DNA from: Raja brachyura
Taxonomy: Eukaryota
Direction: 5' to 3'
Length of the DNA: 64,000 bases
Assembly (NCBI GenBank): GCA_963514005.1
Contig: OY740803.1
Coordinates: 31,310,001-31,374,000 of the forward strand
The translations under genes and the position numbers were made by a program. The notes beneath the pieces are model-generated. The model saw only the letters and a list, made by a program, of their open reading frames with translations, did no database searches and was not told where the DNA came from. Of the stretch, positions 24,200-37,029 are shown piece by piece. Every line of letters starts with the position of its first letter. Within the stretch, counting starts at the first letter, position 1.

Positions 24200-25247
24200 A
24201 CTAACTAGATGATTCTGTTGTTTGAGAGTTATTGCCTTCTACAAGGAATGTTCTGTTGATGTCTGCACCTCTGCCTAATCGTTGATGCTTTTGATGACAC
24301 AAAGTACCTCTCATACAGTACAGTTTGAGTGCTCACTGGCCTCTTAACTGTCCAAATGTCCATTGCAAGAACATAGAGACACACACATGGGACATGTGAA
24401 ACACAAACAAACACTTTAGTTTATTAAAGGCTCTTCACACACTGCCTCTCTAGAACTTTCTACAAGCAACACAGAGAGCAGTAACTCACATGAAACAGTG
24501 AGACCTTAGTAACAATCGTGATTCTTAATCAATGTTATATACACCACACAGAGGAATTTAAACGTTTAGTTCTTTGGGGAGATGTGTGTGCTTATCCTTA
24601 ATGAGGGAAGCTATGTGCTTGCAAACCCAGGGTATCAAGTTTTTACTATTTTCTATGATTATTGGGGATGAGGCAAATGTGGCTCCCCTGGCATGGACCT
24701 GGCAGGAGGTATTACTGGCATTGCTGCGCTCCATTGCGAATGCACCAAGTCCCTGGTGAGCCAATGTTACTTAGTGGAGCTGCACAATTGGGCCATCTTG
24801 AGTTCTGAACACAGGGATGGCTGGGGCAGTAGACGCCTTTGTAATGGCCAGTTCTATCCATTGTCACTCCCCCTGAACAACCTATCCCAACAGTTTGGGC
24901 ATCAAGTGTGTGATGGTACAACTGTCCCACGTGACAAATTATCCAAACTTTGGCCGGCCTGTTTTCTTTAGAAATTTATAGAGATGTTCTCTGATAGGTA
25001 AATTAGTACAGCTGTGGATAATGATCCAGATGTTCCATTATCGTGAGGAGTGGTGTGTTCACAGCCTGGGCCTGAATGTTGCTCTGTTCATCGAGCACGA
25101 TGGGGTGGCATGCTGATGCCGTTGATCACCATTCAGTGTCACTTCCAGCGCAACGTAAAGCCTACAATCTGTACCGATTAAGGTCTATGCTTTATATTGA
25201 AATTGCACAGAATTCACACGCAAATCAGTTTAACATTAGGTAGATTT

Positions 25248-25558
25248 GGCGGTGGCACAGTGGCGCAGCGGTGGAGCTGTTGCCTTACAGTGCCAGAGAT
25301 CCGTGTTCGATCCTGACTACGGGTGCTGTCTGTACGGAGTGTGTACGTTCTCCCTGTGACCGCATGGGTTTTCTCTGAGTACTCCAGTTTTCTCCCACAC
25401 TCCCAAGGCGTACAGGTTTGTAGGTTAATTGGCTTCAGTAAAATTGTAAATTGTCCCTAGTGTGTCGGATAATGTTAGTGTACGGGGTGATCGCCTGTTG
25501 GCACGGACTTGATGGGCTGAAGGGCCTGTTTCCGCGCAGTATCTCTAAAGTCTAAAGA
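25248..25558 (+). mobile_element. HE1-like V-SINE, full length
   Basis: TGGCGCAGCGG, GTTCGATCC, V-domain, CTCTAAAGTCTAAAG tail. Confidence 0.92.
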
Positions 25559-27500
25559 TCCTACTAGCAACCATTTCTTGGTAAAATTACAATGGCAAAC
25601 CTAGAACATGTAAATGTTAGCTCGTCCGACACCTTTCTGGCATCAGATATGACCAGTCATTCAGTGACCATTGCTGTCTGTAAAAGAGATAAATTAAAGC
25701 TTTAGGAGTCAACTGACAATTGTAGGTTGGTACAATTGGTACAGTCTCAATTTCACAGGATGTGCATGGTTTGTAGTCTTTATTGCTACTAAAACACACC
25801 CTTCTGGCGCAGGAAAACCAATCTGCAGCTTCTTAACTTGCTTTGGGCTGCTCAACCTCCTTAGTCCACAGAGGTTGCTTTAATATAACAATGTGTTCTT
25901 ACTCCACCATTTAAATACTGACAAATCCATTCAAGTGGTGAGCTTGCTGGTAGTTTACCGTCGACAAGATTCCCCAGTGAGCCAGGTTTCAAGTTTTGGA
26001 ATGGTACCAATAAAAGGTCATCGACATGAAACATTAACTCCTGTTCACTCTCCACACATGCTATCTGAGCTGTTGATATTTCTGAGACAGGACTGTTCTC
26101 AAATCTCAGCAAACCAGTGGACAACCTCCAGAAAAGGTCATGGGCTCTGGCTCTGCAGAGTTTCCACTGAGAGCTTGGGGGAGAGCTCCTTCAAACTCCC
26201 TCGGTAGCCTGTAGATGTGCTCATGGGATGGTGTGCATGCATGGCCACCACTCGGAAGAGGCCCCATAGCTGCTCCCTCAGCTTCATGCCACACTGCAGC
26301 TTACTAAGTGAGTCTCTGGTGTGATAACCTGAAACTGCTCATCCCTTGCGGTGCCAGTCCCTGCGAGAGTACTGTAGGGTGTCGCACTAAGAAGCTCCTT
26401 GTACATCATCATCATCATCCCACCCTCCCTCCAGTGTCCCCTTCCACTCCCGTGTTAGACTGATGGTGTTCTGGGCAAGGCAGAACATGCGGCCCATCCA
26501 CATATCCCACAAAATAAAACAGCAGAGAGTTGCGCTCATCGGGGGACATAGCGAGCGCGATGGAATGTATTGTGCGTTGTGGTGGTTGGAGGTGCAGTAT
26601 TCACCAGGCATATTAGTTCCACTGGTAATGGTCCCTGACTTTTCCTCACTGTCCTAATCTACATGGAGGTGATGAAAGACATTGACATTTTACCATTGTC
26701 ATTTTAGAGACATCTGCAATGGTCTGGCGTGCAGAAGGTGATATGCGAGTGTTTGCCTTGGCACTTATAGTAAGGTGGGGAAATGTCTTCCAGGCTATTT
26801 CAGGGATTGTCAGTACCAGTCAATATATTCCCAGCTATCTCCATTGACAGTTGTGTACTGTAGATACCTTCCTATACCACAACCCCACCCCTATATCCCA
26901 GTGAGCAGAACATCCATCCTGTCCACCTGCATCAGCATTTCAATATCGCCAATGTGAACCTGAGCTGTTTCCTCCTTTCTCTACCTGCACAATCTCTCTC
27001 CTCCAGACCTGCAGTTGTGTGCGTTGCTGTTGTCTGGCTGTCATGGGGAGTGTGCCTTTAAGAACTGATACACCTTTCTAATTGATGCACAGCTAGTTAT
27101 CCTCAGCTTGAGTGTGGCCCCAATAATGCATGTTCCTGGGCATAAGCCACACAATTACTTTAAACATCTTCCTGGCTAATTTATTTTTCTTTTGCAAGGA
27201 ATATGAATGGACGTTCTTCATAAATGCTATGCCAGTTTAGCACATCAAAAAATGGTGAAACCCACTTTCTAACCTCTAGCCAGAAGAACAAACTGCTGGG
27301 AGAACTCAGTGGGTCAGGCAGCATCTATGGAGGCAGAGGGATGGTCATGCTTTGACCTGCACCTGCACTGAGAAGGTGGAGGAGAGATAGTCAGCATCTG
27401 GGCTGTAACCCCTTCCCACTCCCATGTCCATTATCCCATCAACTGAGATGTACAATTTTTGCTCAGTTAAACCCCCTCCTTAGTAAACCCCCTCCTTGCA

Positions 27501-27559
27501 CATCAGGTGCAAGAATGCATTGATACATAATGCCGATCAATGCATTCTTGCACCTGATG
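27501..27559. repeat. Perfect 24-bp inverted repeat with 11-nt spacer
   Basis: CATCAGGTGCAAGAATGCATTGAT (27501-27524) and its exact reverse complement (27536-27559). Confidence 0.95.
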
Positions 27560-29506
27560 CCCCACAGCATCACCACAGTTCAAGGCACAGCAGGGAGTGA
27601 GCTCTTCTGGAAAGCTCCATGAAACAATTTGATGCTAGGGTGCCATCTGAAAATGTTCAATGTGCCTATGATAACGTTGTTTGCCACTAACACGGATGGC
27701 ATGTGGAGTGACGGGCCTTGCCAGTTCCTCCAGCCTGGCACTGCGGGCAGAGAAATAACGAAATCCAGCCACAGGAGCGATTAACCTTTCGTGGCAAAAT
27801 GTCAGAATGTTTCATCTTGACGACTTCATTCAAGTCTTTGGGATTTGTCCTTGCGTCACCATCGCAGCATGGTCATAGGTGTGATAATCTTCGCTGTCGC
27901 ACAGGCTCCACGCGATGGGCCTCACGCACGACCTTGTGCTAAGTGTTGGGGCTAGGCTTTTGTGGCTCTGCATGAAATTCATCAGTCAGATCACCTGTGT
28001 GGACAGAAACGTCTTTGAACTCAGTCATGATTTGTTTCTTTGTTCTCCGGTCACAACATGTTGGCAGGCAGCGAGATCTTAATAGGGCTGACATCCTCAC
28101 CGTGCAGCTTTCAGGCTCAGCCCTGACTGTGCTTATGGATGCACCATGTAGATATTGTATGTCCGTGTGTTTGCAACTGCCTCTCACAGTCAGCCTGCTA
28201 TCTTTGACTGCTGTGACCTGGTATTGCTTTGTTTACGTCAGCATCACAGTTTCCACACAACAATTCATGTGTGTCGTTTATTTAATTCTCTGCCTGCCAA
28301 TGTCTGCAGGTGTTGAACATCAGCCCATCTTCTGCAATGGGTGCAATATAAATCATCCCATAAACTCTAAATCATTCCTCCCACCCCAACCACATTCAAC
28401 TCTCTGCACCCTTTCAATCTCTGCCCCTTAACATCACCCTCTTCCGCTACTGCCCTTCTGAATCACTCCCTTCCTTTTCTCTCCCTGTTCAGTTTGCCCG
28501 GCAGAAATCCTCTGAGGATGGAGTCTGAACCAACACATTATTAGCTGCTTTGCTGCCTCTGCCCTCCCTCCATCTACTGTACCCTTTTAACCAAGCCAGT
28601 CTGTGCTACCCCCTATGATCCAGGGAAATAGTTATTAACATGCCAAAGTAGTTGACGTCAAATTTATCTATGCAATGGCTTTATGTAAATCAGCTTGCTG
28701 AAACTGTGTTTAATCTATGAGTTATGAATTGCCTTCATTGGAAATTAGTTTTGGATTTAGAGATTAGAATCCACAGTGACTTCTGAATAATGTCTACATT
28801 AGTGTTAGCAACTGCATCGTTCATCACAACGCTACTATATTAACACAAAGAAATAAGACAATATACAATAAGACAAACTGATGAAGAGGAGGGGCTAACT
28901 ACCATTTATTTCTGGAGTCATTTTATTAGCTATTTGCCAAAAAAGAGGGAGAGATGATGTAGAACTCATTACTTGCCTGTCAGAGGCTCATTTCTGCACC
29001 GGGTATTTGCTTCAGTTTTCATGAGCACTTGTATCTTGTGGGATTGATGCTCGCGGTGGTGGCCTGCGCCTTAATAATAAACACGGTCTCGTGGTCGCGT
29101 TTAATAACCAAGTCTGTCAGGAATAAAGGAACGATTCCCGCCTCCTGTGGGAGCCCAGATGAACAATTCAAGACTTACTTTTGCTGGACTGCCCAATGTA
29201 ATTTGATGGGAAGCTAATCTTCCCAGGTTCCAAACTAAATTGGGTATCAGCAATGCCAGCCAGGCCAATGGACCAATTAATACGTTAGAGCCCCAATGCC
29301 TGAACAGCTGGGCTTTTGAACACCCGTCCTTCTGAATCTGTGTTGGCTGCTTCCCCAATGTTACTGGGACAATAGGCCGCTGATTGTTTTGAAGCTGCTA
29401 CCAATCCCGATAAAACAAAAATAATGGACCCTTTCTTGTCTCTGCAACCAGCATTGCCTGTCTGTCCATTTTCGTATTCTTATCTCATTGTTTCTCTCCT
29501 TTAGGA

Positions 29507-30183
29507 GCTGCACAGTGATGCAGCGGGAGAATGGCTGCCTTACAGCACCAGAGTCCCGGTTCCATCGTTACTACAAGTGCTATCCGTACAGAGTTTGTAC
29601 ATTCTCCCCGTACAAAATTCTTAAGGGGTTGGACAGGCTAGATGCAGGAAGATTGTTCCCGATGTTGGGGAGGTCCAGGACAAGGGGTCACAGCTTAAGG
29701 ATAAGGGGGAAATCCTTTAGGACCAAGATGAGAAGGACTTTTTTCACACAGAGAGTGGTGGGTCTCTGGAACTCTCTGCCACAGAGGGTAGTTGAGGCCA
29801 GTTCATTGACTATATTTAAGAGGGAGTTAGATGTGGCCCTTGTGGCTAAGGGGATCAGAGGGTATGGAGAGAAGGCAGGTACGGGATACTGAGTTGGATG
29901 ATCAGCCATAATCATATTGAATGGCGGTGCAGGCTCGAAGGGCCGAATGGCCTACTCCTGCACCTAATTTCTATGTTTCTATGTTTCTATGACTGCATGG
30001 GTTTTTGCCGGGTGCTCCGGTTCCCTCCCACACTCCAAATCCGTACAGTTTTGTAGGTTAATTGGCTTCGGTAAAACTGTAAATTGTGTGTAGGATAGTG
30101 TTAGTGTATGGGGTCATAGCCGGTCGGCGTGACTTTGGTGGGCCAAAGGGCCTGTTTCCACGCTGTATGTCTCAACTAAACTC
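29507..30183 (+). mobile_element. HE1-like V-SINE split by a CR1 insertion (halves about 29507-29611 and 29991-30183)
   Basis: SINE reads ...ACATTCTCCCCGT and resumes GACTGCATGGGTTTT after the CR1 tail. Confidence 0.88.
29611..29990 (+). mobile_element. Young 5'-truncated CR1 LINE
   Basis: Open frame YKILKGLDRLDAGRLFPMLGRSRTRGHSLRIRG...RVVGLWNSLP; (TTTCTATG)n tail. Confidence 0.95.
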
Positions 30184-30672
30184 AGCTTTTTAATTAGACA
30201 ATTTGGTCTTTTCCTTCCATTATTTGTCAGTGTTGCATGAAAAAATGTTTCTCCCCGTTGGCAGGCCATCCTAGTGACTCGCAGTCAAATCAGTTCAAAA
30301 AGCACTTCTCTCCAATGTGCCTGCTGTGACTCTCCTACCCTGGCTCAGATAGAATAGGCTTCCAGCCCACAGTGCTTAAAGATTCTCTGCTGAGAGATCA
30401 TTAGCTGCAAAGAATAAAGTAACAAAGAAAGTCTGTGTGCAAACTGGTATCTCCACGTGTAGCGTAGTGATAGAAATTGGAGAATACACCAATCCATTCT
30501 GCATCTGCACACGTCTCTGCTTTAACTCCATGTCTGTCAGTGGTCCACTCCTAGGCTTGGGTTCCATTTCATTTATTCTTATTTGTTTTTATTGGTATTG
30601 GTTTATTATTGTCGCATGTACTGAGATACAGGGAAACACTTTTGAGTTCTAGCCAGGTAAATCATCCATACA

Positions 30673-32301
30673 GAGGAACTGAAAAAGATTTGCAGTAGAC
30701 GAGAAATAGTAATGGGTAGACTGATGGGATTGAAGGCTGATAAATCCCCAGGGCCTGATGGAGGGTACTCAAGGAATCTAGAAATCTTGAACGCATTGGT
30801 GATCATTTTCCAATGTTCTATAGATTCAGGATGAGTTCCTGTGGATTGGAGGGTAGCTAATGTTATCCCACTTTTCAAAAAAGGAGCGAGAGAGAAAATG
30901 GGGCATTATAGACCAGTTAGCCTGACATTAGTGGTGGGGAAGATGTTAGAGTCAATTATTAAAGAAGTAATAACGGTGCATTTGGATAGCAGTGAAATGA
31001 TTGGTTCAAGTCAGCATGGATTTATGAAGGGGAAATCCTGCTTGACTAATCTTCTGGAATTATTTGAGGATGTGAGAAGTAAAATGGATGAAAGAGAGAC
31101 AGTGGATGTAGTGTCTCTGGACTTTCAGAAAGCCTTTGATAAGATCCCACAGGAGATTCGTGGGCAAAATTAGAGCACATGGTATTGGCGATAGGGTATT
31201 GGCATGGATAGAGAATTGGTTGGCAGACAGGAAAAAAAGAGAAGGAATAAACGGGTCCCCGTCAGAATGGCAGGCAGTGGCGAGTGGAGTGCCGCAAGGC
31301 TCGGCGCTGGAGCCGCAACCTTTACAATATATATTAATGATTTAGATGATGGAATTAAAAGTAACACTAGCAAGTGTTCAGATGACACAATGCTGGGTGG
31401 CAGTGTGAACTGCGAAGAGGATGCTAGGAGGATGCAGGGTGACTTGGACAGGTTGAGTGAGTGGGCAGATACATGACAAGTGCAGTATAATGTAGATAAA
31501 TGTGAGGTCATCCACTTTGGCAGCAAGAGCAAGGAGGCAGATTATTATCTCAATGGTGTCAGATTAGGAAAAAGGGAAGTGCAACGAGACCTGAGTGTCC
31601 TTGTACATCAGTCACTGAAAGTAAACATGCAGGTACAACAGGCAGTGAAGCAAGCTAATGGCATGTTGGCCTTCATAACGAGAGGATTTGAGTATAGGAG
31701 TAAAGAGGTCCTTCTGCAGTTGTACAGGGTCCTGGTGAGACCACATTTGGAGTATTGTGTGCAGTTTTGGTCTCCTAATTTGAGGACATCCTTGCTATTG
31801 AGGGAGTGCAGCATAGGTTCTCGAGGTTAATTCTCGGAATGGCGGGACTGTCATATGAGGAAAGATTGGAAAGACTGGGCGTGTATTCACTGGAATCTAG
31901 AACGATGAGAGGAGATCTTATAGAAACGTAACAAATTCTAAATGGACTGGACAAGCTAGATGCAGGAAAAATGTTCCCAATGTTGGGGGAGTCCACAACC
32001 AGGGGCCACAGTCTAAGAATAAAGGGGAGGCCATTTAAAACTGAGATGGCAAAAAACTTTTTCACCCACGGAGTTGTGAATTTGTGGAATTCTCTGCCAC
32101 AGAAGGCAGTGGAGGCCAATTCACTGGATGAATTTAAAAAAGAGTTAGATAGAGGCTCTTGGGGCTAGCGGAATCAAGGGGTATGAGGAGAAGGCAGGCA
32201 CGTGTTACTGATTGTGGATGATCAGCCATGATCAAATGACTGCCGTTGTTGGCTTGAAGGGCCAAATGGTCTCCTCCTGCACCTATTTTCTATGTTTCTA
32301 T
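30673..32301 (+). pseudogene. 5'-truncated CR1 LINE ORF2 (reverse transcriptase), frameshifted
   Basis: DWRVANVIPLFKKG, YRPVSLT, QHGFMKGKSCLTNLL, LDFQKAFD, SGVPQGS, IYINDLD, catalytic motif degraded to CSDD, VRPHLEYCVQFWSP, WNSLP; several frameshifts and stops; TTTCTATG tail. Confidence 0.95.
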
Positions 32302-32554
32302 ACATGATTACAGTCAAACCATACCGTACAACATCAGTATAACAGGCAGTGCACAAAGAGAAGGGAAGTAGAGCGCGGAATATTGTGTTACCGCTACAGA
32401 GAGAGAGCAGATTAAAAAAAGTCAAATGGTCACAATGAGGTAGAAGGGGAGATGAGGAATACATCCGTAGCTTATGAGAGGAATGTTCAAAGTTTATATG
32501 CAGTGTAGAAGAAGCTGTCCTTGAATCTATAGGTAAGTGCTTTTAAGCGTTTGT

Positions 32555-32792
32555 ATAGAAACATAGAAACATAGAAATTAGGTGCAGGAGTAGGCCATTC
32601 GGCCCTTCGAGCCTGCACCGCCATTCAATATGATCATGGCTGATCATCCAACTCAGTATCCCGTACCTGCCTTCTCTCCATACCCTCTGATCCCCTTAGC
32701 CACAAGGGCCACATCTAACTCCGTCTTAAATATAGCCAATGAACTGGCCTCAACTACCCTCTGTGGCAGAGAGTTCCAGAGAACCACCACTC
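32555..32792 (-). mobile_element. Young 5'-truncated CR1 LINE
   Basis: Near-identical reverse complement of 29753-29990; (ATAGAAAC)n on the plus strand. Confidence 0.95.
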
Positions 32793-34212
32793 TTCTGCCC
32801 AAAGGGAGAAGAGAGAATGACAAGGGTGTGAGTGGTCCTTGTCATGTTATTTGCTTCCTCAAAGAACATAAAGTGTAGATACCAGTGTTGTGGTATCTAC
32901 ATGTCATGCTCACTTCACACAGTGAACATGAAGTGTAGAAACCAGGGGAGACTAGTTTGTGTGAAGGATTGGGCTGAGTCCACAACTCTTTACCATTTAT
33001 AATTGCCTTCGATCTCCACACATGCACTCATTAGTGTGCAGTCGCACTCACTGCGACACACAGCGATCCTGCGTTATGTCGTGTGACGGTGAGTGGAAGG
33101 AGTGCCCTGCCCCACGGTGCGGATGGATGTTCTCATGAGCTAGGCCTCGTGACCTGAGGCATGTGGGAGCTTGGGACGGGTGACAGGAGGAGGGTGGGGT
33201 CTCGTGGAGTGCAATGTTGACAAAGAGCATGCACCAGTACCTTGGATACATTATATCCAACTGGGATTTTAACTCCATTTACATAGTTTTCCACCCCTTA
33301 CAAAATCCCAGAGCTTCATTGTCAGTGGAGCTCACCTGAACATCTTCTTCGGGGAGCTGCAGCTTTTGGTGTGGAAGAGTGCCTCCGACATTGCTGCACT
33401 TTTAGGGGTGGGGAGAGAAAGCAATGGCACAGTGCAGTGGAGAGGGAGAAAAGAAACCTAGAGCAGAACATGGAGAGGGATGAGTCAAGAGAAGCTCCGA
33501 GAAGTGGTGTAGGGCAGAGGAATGAGGGAACAAACCATTCACTTGCGGTGTGTGCGGAGAATGTGATAGAGCAGAGGCTGCCGATTGTAGAGGGACGGAG
33601 TGGAGAGACTGCACAAACTCCTGGCAAGCTCCTTAAAAACATAAATCTTCAGTTGAAAAAAAAATACCGTTTTAGAATTACCTTTAGTTGAGTTCATAGG
33701 CTCATAGCCCTCAGCATTTCCAATGAAATGGTGTTTTTATATCTCTTAGGTTTTTCTTCATAGTTGATTTATTTTGTTTATTGGCAACGTTTTTCTTTCG
33801 CAGTAGGGGGCTTCATCGCCATTTTCTCATTGCCAGTCGGCTTCTTTAGGGGGAGGCTGAGGAGATGCTCCATCTCATTCATCATGATTGCAAGTGGGCA
33901 GAAATGCTGGAAACTCTCAGCACACCTGCCAGCATCTGCGGAAGGTGAAACAGAGTTAATAATTCAAGCCATAAATCCTTCAACAGAACTAGATACAACC
34001 GAACACATTAATCCCCAGTCACTGACTTTTTCCATCCCACTCCTCTATTCCTAAACTCCTCTCCTTCTTCCTCACTTTTTCTCTCCCTTTTACCATTTTT
34101 GATTGATTTGCCTTTCTCCCTCTGTCCTTGTCCTTGTATTTTTCTTTTATCTCACTACCTTCTCTTCTCCCCCTCCCTCTCCGCTTCCCCTGCTCTCTCC
34201 TCTCTTTCTATC

Positions 34213-34929
34213 CAAGAGCGGAACTCGCTATCAAAACATGGAGGAGACAGGGGGGGACACAATTTTTTGGCAGCCGCGCGCGTATGCGCACACTCACACA
34301 CACATGTGCGAGGTTTCGGAGGCTCAATCCAGCGCTAAATGCAGCTCAACTCTGCCTGTCTCGCCGGATTAACTACAGCCCTGACTGGACTGACGGGACA
34401 CCAGCGCTGCTTCTCCGCGCTGCCCATATTTCCCGCAAGCCAGGCAGGTTAACCAGGCAGAGTTGAGCTGGGTTTAGCGCTGCTTCTCTGCGCTGGCTGT
34501 GGGCCTGGGGATACAGCTCGCATCTGACTCCCGACCTCTCTGGCCACCCGTGGGGGGGGGGGGGGGGGGGCACTCGGGTGGGGATGGGACAGTGCCGGAG
34601 ACCCGGCTGGGATTGATCGTGGATGAGACGCAGGTCTGTGCCACGTCTCCCTCCTCCAATCACCGCACTCTATCCGCAGTCCCACCCCCACTCCTCGCTC
34701 TTCCAATCATCGCGCTGAATCACCATGTCCCGCCCCCATTGCCTGCTGACCGACATCTCTCTCGTCCAATCGGCGCCCTCGATCAGCAGTCCCACCTACA
34801 CTGTCTCGCGGAAAGCGGAGATTTTAAAATACGGATGACAAAAACTTAGGGGGGATGTCTCCCACATCTCAAAACATGGGGGGGACGTGTCCCCTCTGCC
34901 CCCCCCCCCCCCCGGTTTTTCCACCCCTG
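34213..34929. mobile_element. Non-autonomous hAT-like DNA transposon, CpG rich
   Basis: Termini CAAGAGCGGAA / TTCCACCCCTG (reverse complement CAGGGGTGGAA); exact 8-bp TSD TTTCTATC at 34205-34212 and 34930-34937; subterminal GGGGGGGAC motifs. Confidence 0.85.
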
Positions 34930-36109
34930 TTTCTATCTATCCTCCTCGCTCCCTCCTCCCTCTGTTTCTCCCCTGTTCCAATTCTCCCTTTTTCTTATTC
35001 CCACTCTCTTCCCTTTTCTCTCCATTCCCTCTCTCTCCCCTGTGTTTGTCTCATCCCTTGGTGTTTCCACTCCCCTTCTCTTTCCCTCACTCTTCCCAAG
35101 CTTCTTCATGCTCACTTTTCCTATCTATCTCTTCCTCTCCCCCCCCCCCCCCCCCACCCTCTCCCTCTCCCCACTTACTTCACAGAAACTCTGACCTTCT
35201 CACTATTTTCAGCATTCCTGTGTTCAAATTTTCAGCAGCCATTTTCTACCTTGATCACAAAGTGGTTATTTCACTGCACTGACGATCCAAGAAGAAACGC
35301 TGGTCTGAAATATTCAGATGCGATGATATTCATGAACTTATTAAAACTTTTCAAATTAGTTTACAAACGGGGCATGTTCATCAAATATAATTGCTAAATT
35401 CCTCTCATTTTTGTGTTGATTCGTTAAATATATTTCTTTAAGCGAATATCGAAGATGGTACAATTGGGGGCCGGTGAGGAGGAGAAGCCATGACATGTGG
35501 TAGCATTAGCACCAGTTCATAAGCAGCGGGAAATGTGGGTATTTGGTCGGCTCCCTTACAGTTGCTCTTCTGGACCAGCTCCTTGATGAACATATTGCCA
35601 GGCACTGCTGGCAAAAAATACACTGACAGAAATTGACAGAGGAATGGTCAGTGGTGACCCTGCAAAGGATGGCACGCTGTCATTGAGCAAGGTGAAGGTG
35701 CCAGCAGAATGCTCTCATTCACAGGACAGTGCAACGAGACAGGTTTCCTTTACATCGGCTCAGTCAGTAATCGCGATCCAATTACTTTTACTGTGAGATA
35801 TCAGATGATTGCCACTTAAGAAAAGAGCAAGTGCATTAACTCCCACAAACCTATCCATTCCGATAGATCTCAAATCTCCTTCTCGATTATGTTTCTCAAT
35901 GTGTTTCACTCTAGAACTACATCTGAACTGCTTATATGACACATTTATCCTGTGAGTTTAAGGGCTTACCTTATGGTTAAATGTTTCTTTATCCTATTAA
36001 TCTTTGGATGGAAATGTTCCAGCTGATTTTTCTTCCTTGCTTTTAATTTTTTAATTCTGCTTTCCACATGAATTTGATTGCTTTGCTAAAATGAACAACG
36101 TGGCTGGTT

Positions 36110-36960
36110 TAGGATTAGGTGTATTATTGTCACCTGCACCAAGGTACATTAGAAAGCTTCATTTTACATGCTATCCAAGCAGATCAGATAATACAGTACA
36201 TTCATACAATAATGTCAAACTCAAGTACAATAGATAGGGCAAATAGGAAGATACAGTATACAGCATTGTAGGATTAAAATCTATGGTTCACAATGGGGTA
36301 GAGGTGAACCAGACTATGCCCCAGATTACGGAGAGACCGTTCAGAAGCCTGATAACAGAGAGGAAGAAGCTATTCCTGAGTCTGGTGGTGCTCGCTTTCG
36401 AGCTTCTGTACCTCTGCTTGACAGGATCAGGGAGAAGAAGGCATGACCTGGGTGGGACAATTCTTTGATCATGTTGGCTGCTTCTCCGAGGCAGCATGAA
36501 GTGTAGATGTACTCAATGGTGGGCGGTCTAGTCAGTGTGTGGACTGGGCCACATCTACAACTCTCTGCAATTTCTTCTGGTCCTGGACATAGCTGTTGCC
36601 AAACGAGCTGTGATGCAATATAACAGAACAGTTTCCATTGTGTATTTGTAGAAGTTTGTAAGAGTCATTGGGGATATGCCGAATTTATTCAGTCTCCTCA
36701 GAAAGTGGAGGTATTCATGTGCCTTCTTGGTTAACTGCTCAATGGCTTTGCTCTAAGACAGATCATTAGTAATATTAATGCCAATGGATCAAGGCTGGCT
36801 GGGACGCTGGAGTTAATGTGCCCCATCACCAATCTCTCAAAGCACTTCATGACGGTGGATGTAAAAGCCACTGGACGTTAGTCGTTCGGTCATGCTACCT
36901 TATTTATCTTTGGCACCAGGAGGATAACGGTCTTCTTGAAGCAGGTGGGGATCTCAAAAT
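36110..36960 (-). mobile_element. Rex1-like LINE relic with internal deletion
   Basis: ORF 36288-36497 QRYRSSKASTTRLRNSFF; 36790-36955 translates as ..[17 protein letters not shown] (RT N-terminus). Confidence 0.8.
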
Positions 36961-37029
36961 AAAGGAGTGAGTGGGGTAACAAAGTCTGTGCCTACCTCTG
37001 CCAGCTGAACTGTCGAGGTCTAAGGGCAC

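Larger units (their letters stand above)
30592..33020 (-). mobile_element. Rex1-like LINE 3' relic, interrupted twice by CR1
   Basis: Segments 30592-30672, 32305-32555 and 32791-33020 join colinearly with the similar relic at 36110-36600 (GTTTATTATTGTC tail, GAAGAAGCTGTCCTTGAATCT, TCCACAACTCTT). Confidence 0.7.

Noticed and set aside
26240-28430. GC-richer stretch with ORFs up to 144 aa, possible decayed transposase or exon
   Set aside because: No motif identifiable in any frame; left unassigned pending a tBLASTx/HMM search.
30841-32168. Possible functional reverse transcriptase gene
   Set aside because: 5'-truncated, broken by frameshifts and stops, and the catalytic motif is degraded to CSDD.
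34855-35397. 180-aa Pro/Leu/Ser-rich ORF
   Set aside because: Pyrimidine-rich low-complexity tract plus the MITE end.
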